Below are positions 25,591 through 31,814 of a stretch of DNA of 64,000 bases, piece after piece. The stretch is from an uncultured Planctomycetota bacterium (GTDB taxonomy: Bacteria; Planctomycetota; Planctomycetia; Gemmatales; Gemmataceae): NCBI GenBank assembly GCA_963849325.1, contig CAWKHF010000007.1, positions 512,001 to 576,000 of the forward strand, in the 5' to 3' direction. Numbering within the stretch: position 1 is the first letter of the stretch; the number at the start of each line of letters is the position of its first letter. The position numbers were made by a program, and so were the translations under genes. Below the pieces are notes generated by a model. That model did no database searches and was not told the DNA's origin. It saw nothing but the letters and a program-made list of their open reading frames with translations.

Positions 25591-26114
25591 TCGCGCGGCT
25601 TGATGACTTTCCGCGGCCGAGCGAAGACCTGCGTGTAGTAAACCTCGCCCTTGTCATTGCGGGCGATGCCCAGGCCCGTTTCCGTGACCTTGTTGCCGAG
25701 CAGGTTCTCGCGGTGAAGCTTCGATTCCATCCAACCCTTGACGATGGCCGTGAGGGGTGCTTCCGCTCCCTCGCTCATGGCGATGTTCTCGCTGACTTTG
25801 CCGTAATCGTAACCGACGGCCAGGACGCGCTGGCCCGGCGTCTTGCCGTCGAGAACGTGTTCCATCTTCCCCTGCCTGGCCATGTTTGCCGAGTGCCCGC
25901 GCGCCGCTCGGAACAAGAGCGTCTGCGGCCGCAGAGGCGGCAGCTTTTCCTTCGCCCGCTCCTGGTTGATTAACTCCAGGAGGGTCCCCTCGTCCTTGCT
26001 CATCTCGACGTGGGCGCCTTCCAGCCTGCCCTTTCCCTTGGCGTCCTCCGCGAAGGCCGTCGAGGCCAAGGCGGCGAAGATCAGGAAGCCAAACGCGGAA
26101 GCGAATCGAATCAT
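25587..26114 (-). CDS. CAP/SCP domain secreted protein
   Basis: INQER, AARGHSANM, ENIA, WMESKLHRENLL, YYTQVF. Confidence 0.9.
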   Translation of the reverse strand: MIRFASAFGFLIFAALASTAFAEDAKGKGRLEGAHVEMSKDEGTLLELINQERAKEKLPPLRPQTLLFRAARGHSANMARQGKMEHVLDGKTPGQRVLAVGYDYGKVSENIAMSEGAEAPLTAIVKGWMESKLHRENLLGNKVTETGLGIARNDKGEVYYTQVFARPRKVIKPRD

Positions 26115-26199
26115 GACAGCACCTCGCCCAAGGTCGATAGGATGGCCGCGAACCAGACCGACCTCCTGTCCCTACGATTGTCGCCCGCGGCATCCGCAT

Positions 26200-26228
26200 G
26201 GCCGTTCTGCTGCAGCGACGGGTTCGGC
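26200..26228 (-). other. Truncated attC site (R'' and L'' half only)
   Basis: Minus strand GCCGAAC-CCGTC-GCTGCAGCAGAACGGCC, 6 bp after the PIN gene stop; matches the R''/L'' arm of the reconstituted attC; no partner arm found. Confidence 0.65.
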
Positions 26229-26234
26229 AGCCTG

Positions 26235-26594
26235 TCAGAGCGCACTGGGCCGGCGGATGCGGATCGAGCCCGGCGCGATCACGCAGAAGGCTCCGGCCAA
26301 CTCGGCCGCATGGTCCCGAAACAGCTGGGACACGGCCTCCGCCTTCGCTGAGGGAGACAGCCCCGCCAACCGGGTGAGCACGACGCCGCCGTGGATGCGG
26401 CCGAGGCGGTACACTAACTCGCCAAAGTCCTTGTCCGCGGTCACGAGCAGGGCCGACCGCGCGTTGGCCTCGCCGAGCACTTGATCGTCCGTGATGCTCG
26501 GCGCCAGTTCGGCGACGTACACCGTGGCATGGCCATCGGCGCGCAAGCGCTCCACCACCTCCCGCTCAACACTCTCGTCGGCCAGTAAGTTCAT
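26235..26594 (-). CDS. DUF5615 PIN-like toxin
   Basis: LLADES, ITDDQVL, LVTADKDFGEL. Confidence 0.9.
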   Translation of the reverse strand: MNLLADESVEREVVERLRADGHATVYVAELAPSITDDQVLGEANARSALLVTADKDFGELVYRLGRIHGGVVLTRLAGLSPSAKAEAVSQLFRDHAAELAGAFCVIAPGSIRIRRPSAL

Positions 26595-26827
26595 ACCGGC
26601 TGCGGGCTCAAGGGGTAGACTGTGTCAGCCCGCAACGCCTGGGCGGCAAAGGCGAAGGCGGCCAGCACGGCCGGCCGGGTCAGCCGGGGGTGAGCAGCGA
26701 GGATCTGTTCGATAGGCTCGCCGGCAGCCACCTTTTCCAAGATCAACTCCACCGTCACACGGGTTCCGGCGACCACCGGTTTACCCATCATGACGGCGGG
26801 ATCGGAGACAATCAATGGTTCGCTCAT
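26591..26827 (-). CDS. DUF433 antitoxin
   Basis: SDPAVMMGKPVVAGTRVTVELIL; ATGA overlap with the toxin gene. Confidence 0.92.
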   Translation of the reverse strand: MSEPLIVSDPAVMMGKPVVAGTRVTVELILEKVAAGEPIEQILAAHPRLTRPAVLAAFAFAAQALRADTVYPLSPQPV

Positions 26828-26996
26828 CGGGGCACCTCCGACCGCCAGTCTACAGCAACCGACGAGCCAAGAGCAAGCGCGGGCCGCCGAACGACACAGC
26901 TCAGATGGGGATGATGCCGGGTTGCTCCCACCGACGACAAGCCGGCGGTATTATGGAGTAACCCAGTAAAAGCCACCCCATCTGGAGCAACCCGAC

Positions 26997-28010
26997 ATGT
27001 CCACCACTCTACCACTGTTCGTCGGACTGGACTACTCCCAACACGCCGTCCAACTGTGCGTCTTGGACCCCACGGGTCAGGTCTTGTGTAACCGCGCCGT
27101 GCCGGACTCCGCCGACGCCATCGATCAGGCCGTCCGGCGATTCGGTGCCGTCCGCGGCGCCGCCCTGGAAGCCTGCACCGGAGCCGCCAACCTCGCCGAA
27201 GAACTCGCCGACCGCTACGCCTGGCCCGTCCACCTCGCCCACCCCGGATTCGTCAGCCGCATGAAACAGTCGCCCGACAAAACCGACTTCTCCGACGCCC
27301 GCGTCCTGGCCGACCTCGAACGGGTCGGCTACCTACCCCGCGTCTGGATTGCACCCCAGCAGCTCCGTGAACTCCGTACCCTGGTCCGCGACCGCCAACA
27401 ACTGGCCGCCCAGCGACGCAACCTCAAGCTCCAGATCGGTGCCCTGCTACGGGAACACCGCCTACGCTGTAGCCACAACCGCTGGACGCGGGCCTGGCAC
27501 GCCTGGTTGGAGCATCAAGCTCAACTGCCCGAACAAGCACGCTGGGTCATGCAACAACGCCTGCGTCGGCTGGCCTGGATCGTCCAGGAGATCCGCACCG
27601 TCGAAGAACGTCTCGAACAAGTCACCGCTGTGGACGGCACCGTAACTTGGCTGCGGACGATCAAGGGCATTGGTCCGGTCACCGCCTGGACGTTGCGGGC
27701 CGAGATCGGTCGCTTCGACCGTTTCCGAACCGGCAAGCAGTTGGCGCGGTACTGCGGCCTGACGCCGTGCAACCGCTCCTCGGGCGTGCGTGAGGCCGAC
27801 GCCGGTTTGATCCGGGCGGCCAATCCCGAACTGCGTCGCGTGCTCATCGAGGCGGCCTGGCTGTTGGCTCGTCTGCAGCCGCGTTGGCGGCAACTGGCCG
27901 AGCGTCTGAAGGCACGGGGCAAACCGAGTACGGTGGTGATAGCGGCCGTGGCCAACCGCTTCGTGCGTTGGTTGTACCACGAAGGAGTCCGCCAACAGGC
28001 GGCGGCCTGA
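26997..28010 (+). CDS. IS110-family DEDD recombinase/transposase
   Basis: GLD, ALE, KTDFSDA (DEDD); KGIGPVTA, YCGLTPCNRSSG (catalytic Ser region). Confidence 0.95.
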   Translation: MSTTLPLFVGLDYSQHAVQLCVLDPTGQVLCNRAVPDSADAIDQAVRRFGAVRGAALEACTGAANLAEELADRYAWPVHLAHPGFVSRMKQSPDKTDFSDARVLADLERVGYLPRVWIAPQQLRELRTLVRDRQQLAAQRRNLKLQIGALLREHRLRCSHNRWTRAWHAWLEHQAQLPEQARWVMQQRLRRLAWIVQEIRTVEERLEQVTAVDGTVTWLRTIKGIGPVTAWTLRAEIGRFDRFRTGKQLARYCGLTPCNRSSGVREADAGLIRAANPELRRVLIEAAWLLARLQPRWRQLAERLKARGKPSTVVIAAVANRFVRWLYHEGVRQQAAA

Positions 28011-28039
28011 CGGATAGTGACAAGGCGTTGTCATTGTCG

Positions 28040-28200
28040 GGGGAGTTCCTGAGCGGTTGCGGGTGTGCTCGGCCGGCTGCTGGGGTTTAATCCTCGCGCT
28101 CAGATGGGGCAGCCCGCAACCTTTCTTCGCATCCCATTTGGGCAGGGTCTTGAACCCACGCTCGGATAAGAAGCATGGGAGCCCCAACAGCGTCGGCGTC
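28040..28200 (+). ncRNA. Predicted bridge/seekRNA of element 1 (boundaries approximate)
   Basis: Stem GGTTGCGGG/CCCGCAACC enclosing GCCGGCTGCT (reverse complement of right target) and GCTCAG (left target); next loop has donor-like CATCCCAT and AGAAG. Confidence 0.75.
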
Positions 28201-28518
28201 CTGCCGAAGATTTCGCCGCCTCCGTGCGGCGACCAGGGGCGCTCATTGCCGCCCCCTGGACCCCCGGCTAGCCTCTCTCTGTTCCGGGAGGAAGAGAGGA
28301 GACTAACGCCGAGAAAAGGTGATTTTGCTCTTGACGAGTGGCCTGGCATCATAGAAGCAGCCGGCTCACGCGGGAGGAGGCGTGATGTCGCGCGAAACCG
28401 TTAGTCGCGTGGCCGGTCTGCCGCAGCGACTGGATACTCATGAAGGCTCTTGAAGCACACTTGAAGGAGACAGCACTCAGCCGCTGTCTCCTTCACCTGC
28501 TAACAACGAGAGGTCTTC

Positions 28519-29568
28519 ATGCGCTACTTCCAACCTACACCTGACACTCGATTCTATGCCGGTGTCGATCTCCACGCCAGATCCCTCTTTCTTGTTGTCC
28601 TCGACCACACCGGACAGATTCGCTACGCACGCAATCTCCCCGCCGCACCCCAGCCCTTCCGCAAAGCCATCACACCTTTCCGCGATGGACTCGTCGTCGG
28701 CTGCGAGTGCATGCACTGCTGGTACTGGCTGGCCGACGCCTGCCGCGACGACAACATCCCCTTCCGGCTCGGACACGCCTGGGCAATGAAAGCCGTCCAC
28801 GGCAGCAAGACCAAATGCGACCGTAAAGACGCCGAGGCCATCGCCCACCTGCTCAAGGGCGGCAACTTCCCGCTCGCCTATGCCTACCCCAAAGAACGAC
28901 GTGGACTCCGCGACCTGCTCCGCGCACGCCTCCGCCTGGTCCGCCAACGCGCCGAACTCTACGGACACGTCCACACCGCACGACGACAGCTCAACTTGCC
29001 GCCCATCTCCAACGATGTCAAATACAAGTCCAAGCGTGCCAGCGTCCTGGCCGACATCGACGACGACTGCGTCCGTCGCCGCGTCGAGGCCGACCTGTCG
29101 CTGCTGGAGCCGCTCGATACCACCATCCGACGACTGGAGAAGGACATCGAGGTCGCCGCACGACAGCACTATGCCACCGAGATGGCCGTGCTGCAATCGA
29201 CACCCGGCGTCGGCCTCGTCATCGCCCTGACCATCCTTTTGGAGATCGACACCCTCGAACGCTTCGACACCCGCCAACAGTTCTGCTCCTATGCCCGGCT
29301 ATGCGGCGCCCGCCAGGAGTCGGCCGGCAAGAAGGTGGGCACGGGCAACGCCAAGCAGGGCAACGCCTGGCTGAAGTGGGCCTTCTCCGAGGCGGCCGTA
29401 CTCAGCGCCCAGAAGAACGAACGCATCGGCCAGTACCTGGACAAGCTGTCGGGCCGTCTGGGCCAAGCCAAAGCCTTGTCGGCATTGGCCCACAAGCTGG
29501 GACGAGCCTTCTACCACATGCTCCACAAAAAGGAGGTCTTTCAGATCGACCAATTCCTGAGACACTGA
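28519..29568 (+). CDS. IS110-family DEDD recombinase/transposase
   Basis: GVDLH, GCE, KCDRKDA; PGVG, YARLCGARQESAGK. Confidence 0.95.
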   Translation: MRYFQPTPDTRFYAGVDLHARSLFLVVLDHTGQIRYARNLPAAPQPFRKAITPFRDGLVVGCECMHCWYWLADACRDDNIPFRLGHAWAMKAVHGSKTKCDRKDAEAIAHLLKGGNFPLAYAYPKERRGLRDLLRARLRLVRQRAELYGHVHTARRQLNLPPISNDVKYKSKRASVLADIDDDCVRRRVEADLSLLEPLDTTIRRLEKDIEVAARQHYATEMAVLQSTPGVGLVIALTILLEIDTLERFDTRQQFCSYARLCGARQESAGKKVGTGNAKQGNAWLKWAFSEAAVLSAQKNERIGQYLDKLSGRLGQAKALSALAHKLGRAFYHMLHKKEVFQIDQFLRH

Positions 29569-29575
29569 GAAGCCA

Positions 29576-30090
29576 GGGCGCGGCCGGCGAGCCGAAGCCG
29601 AACGGGAGCCGCTACGGGCTAACCCTTACGACGACCCCCACCATCCAGGGAGCATCGACTCCGCAGTGGGGGTCCGGGACCGCCCAGGCATCCAGCCGCT
29701 TTGATGGGACGCCGGCCGCGTCCGTATTATTTCGACCGCGGTGGTCGCAAAAACAGGCCGCGATCCGCCGGTGGGTCGGGGGACCAACGGGATCAGCGTA
29801 ACGCTGTCCCAAGGAATCGGGCTTGGCTTTGAGCCATCCCACGTCCTCCCGACCCCCGCCAGACCGCGACCCGTGATCGCAAGGAGCCATTCGCCCGGAC
29901 GATCCGCCCCAGTCGCCAGCCTGGCCGAACGGGACGCTCCTTTGGGGGAGTGAGCCAGTCGCTTTTTGAATGGCGGCGAAGCTGGGAACGTATGAATATC
30001 GGGACCGGCCAGGGCAGGTTCCCTGGCACAGCCGCCTGGTCCTTCGGGTCTGGGCCGCCGGAGTCCGCATGAGTGTTGGGTGCGGTTCGC
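29576..30090 (+). ncRNA. Predicted long, two-module bridge/seekRNA region of element 2 (boundaries approximate)
   Basis: Two stem-enclosed modules, each with AGCC..GCCGAACGGGA ... CCAGyCGCTTT..GA(A)TGG; donor-matching ATGAATATC and ATGAGTG follow module B. Confidence 0.6.
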
Positions 30091-30169
30091 CTCGGCCGTG
30101 GGCCGAAGGTGTTCCGCGTCCGTCGCTGATATCCAAGCCGGATCGCCGAGGACGATTGCTCACTGCCGC

Positions 30170-30361
30170 TGCAACCTTGTTCGGTCATCCTTCCGGCAAG
30201 AAAAACGCCGGAGATACCCGTTCCCGTGGAAAATATTTTTACTTGACACCAAGAGCCTTATGAGTGCAACCTTGTTCGGTCATCCTTCCGGCAAGAAAAA
30301 CGCCGGAGATACCCGTTCCCGTGGAAAATATTTTTACTTGACACCAAGAGCCTTATGAGTG
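30170..30361 (+). repeat. Exact tandem duplication (period 95 bp) of the right end of element 2
   Basis: TGCAACCTTGTTCGG...TTGACACCAAGAGCCTTATGAGTG at 30170-30266 and 30265-30361. Confidence 0.95.
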
Positions 30362-30473
30362 TTCGGCGTCTGGTGTATTGTCGCTGACTCCCGCCGAACG
30401 ATAACTAAGTTAGTCGCTGGGTGACGAACAATAAATCCTCTCTCGTCCATCCCTTCCGCTTTGCTCTTGGAGC

Positions 30474-30800
30474 TTACTTACGGTAGCCCTGTCTCTTTAA
30501 CTCATCATTTATCAAGCGCCTATTCGCATCTTTACGTTCCCTTTCATTCCTATCCTCCATCCATTTTAACGTCTCTCTCCACTTTTTTTTCTCCTTCTCC
30601 GTCTTCTCCGCCTGTTCTGCTGCTTTCTCCTGCTGACGTTTTTTTGCCGCCTCCTCCCTCTCTTTACTCTCTCGCTCGATTCTCTCCTGTTCTACGGGTT
30701 GATTCAACCATATGCCGATCAAAGCTATCGGCACTATCGTTAATAAAGTAAATACGACCCCTCGACCCCATGGTGTCGGTGAATCACTCGTCTTATTCAT
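30474..30800 (-). CDS. Hypothetical AT-rich protein with one TM segment and a charged coiled coil
   Basis: 108-aa ORF, RBS-like GTAGGT, AT-richer than its neighbours. Confidence 0.55.
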   Translation of the reverse strand: MNKTSDSPTPWGRGVVFTLLTIVPIALIGIWLNQPVEQERIERESKEREEAAKKRQQEKAAEQAEKTEKEKKKWRETLKWMEDRNERERKDANRRLINDELKRQGYRK

Positions 30801-30829
30801 ACCTACTACCCCCTGCTGTCGCCGAGTTA

Positions 30830-30967
30830 CTGATCATTGCGCAAAGAAAGTTAAGTTTCTTACAGCTTGCCTTTCAGGTCGAAATCCTCAGCGATTCCCG
30901 CAGAAAGCAACGATTTCGGCCCCAAATTCACCCGGAAAAAGTTTAACATTCTTTGCGCAACGGTCAG
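30830..30967. mobile_element. MITE-like 138-bp element flanked by TA
   Basis: TA|CTGATCATTGCGCAAAGAAAGTTAA ... TTAACATTCTTTGCGCAACGGTCAG|TA. Confidence 0.65.
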
Positions 30968-31417
30968 TAAGACTAGAATGTGCTTGCGCACTTGGACCAT
31001 CCCCGGATTTCACTCCCCCGACGCTGAGGATTCAAGCGAAATCCTTTTATCCTCAATAAATGCCCTGTGCTTATCAGAGCCACAAGCCGATCGCACAACC
31101 GTCTGAGAAACATCCGGTCCATTTGAGCGTGCCATGTGGAGTAATTGCCGTTAGCGTGTCTGTGTCACCCACACCCGCCAGGTCTCTTCCTGATCGTTTC
31201 CGCCCAAATGCTGGGCCTCCTGCCGTTCCCCGTGGGTTTCCGGAACTATACGCTTGTCACCCTCGCCCCGTGAGCGCCTACCTCAGGGCAACGCTGTGGC
31301 ACAAGACGCACATGTTCCCCCACACCGTTCCAGTAGTGTGAAGGTCAGGCTGATGCCCGTCTCGATGGCGAAGCCCGTCCTGTCGCCGAAGACCACCGCC
31401 ACAGGAATGCCCTTCTT

Positions 31418-31436
31418 CGCCGAACAACTGATTAGA
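31418..31436 (-). other. Candidate attI-like simple site
   Basis: Minus strand TCTAAT-CAGTT-GTTCGGCG; same core and orientation as the attC. Confidence 0.35.
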
Positions 31437-31447
31437 TCGCGCACATC

Positions 31448-31566
31448 GCGCAATCTAGCACGGCTGCTGCGCAACCTAGCAAGGGGCTGCGCGATCTAGC
31501 AAGGGCGTGCGCGGCCTAGCACGGCTGCTGCGCGACCTAGCAAGGGGCTGCGCAGACCTAGCACGG
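31448..31566. repeat. Six degenerate 20-21-bp tandem direct repeats (CTAGCA core)
   Basis: Units such as GCGCAATCTAGCACGGCTGCT and GCGCAACCTAGCAAGGGGCT. Confidence 0.85.
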
Positions 31567-31670
31567 TTCTCCTTATCTATCCGCAATCTTGCGCAGCCGT
31601 CAAGGAAAAAACGACTCCGCTTGGGACTTGCTCCCGGGCGGATGCGTGCGTGGATTCTGGAAGTCGTTTG

Positions 31671-31704
31671 GTAGGATGGGTCGAGGGACGAGACCCATCC
31701 TACC
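31671..31704. repeat. GTAG-type REP palindrome
   Basis: GGTAGGATGGGTC ... GACCCATCCTACC. Confidence 0.7.
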
Positions 31705-31814
31705 AAACGGGCCAACTACCAGAAACCATTCGCGCACCATTCCCCGGCCCTTCCCCAGCGGGGAGTTGCACAAGATCGATGGCCGAGGACCGAGGGACGA
31801 TACAATAAGCGATC

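Larger units (their letters stand above)
26905..28355 (+). mobile_element. IS110-family, IS1111-type element 1
   Basis: Subterminal IRs ATGATGCCGGGTTGCTC (26911-26927) and GAGTGGCCTGGCATCAT (28336-28352), 6 and 3 nt inside the ends; AG at both junctions; non-coding region downstream of tnp. Confidence 0.88.
28434..30360 (+). mobile_element. IS110-family, IS1111-type element 2 (right end duplicated)
   Basis: IRs ATGAAGGCTCTTG (28440-28452) and CAAGAGCCTTAT (30345-30356); shared G at the junctions; joined ends give TTGACA-17bp-GATACT. Confidence 0.85.
26886..30367 (-). other. Integron attC site (101 bp when rejoined) split by two IS110-family elements: pieces 26886-26904, 28358-28433, 30362-30367
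   Basis: Rejoined minus strand: GCCGAAC-5bp-GCTGCGGCAGACCGGCCACGCG...CGCGTGAGCCGGCTGCTGAGC-6bp-GTTCGGC, with two unpaired bases in the first arm. Confidence 0.85.

Noticed and set aside
26903-28355. AGA as the duplicated core of element 1
   Set aside because: It would leave two extra bases that break the attC arm. AG restores the palindrome and is present in both guide segments.
26905-30360. Composite transposon or one IS nested in the other
   Set aside because: The elements have different IRs and transposases, and the 76 bp between them is the attC centre.
31448-31566. CRISPR array
   Set aside because: The units are contiguous and degenerate, with no unique spacers and no cas genes.
30430-31810. 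Integron integrase or its remnant
   Set aside because: No tyrosine-recombinase motifs were recognisable in any listed ORF; a tblastn search would be needed to exclude a decayed copy.
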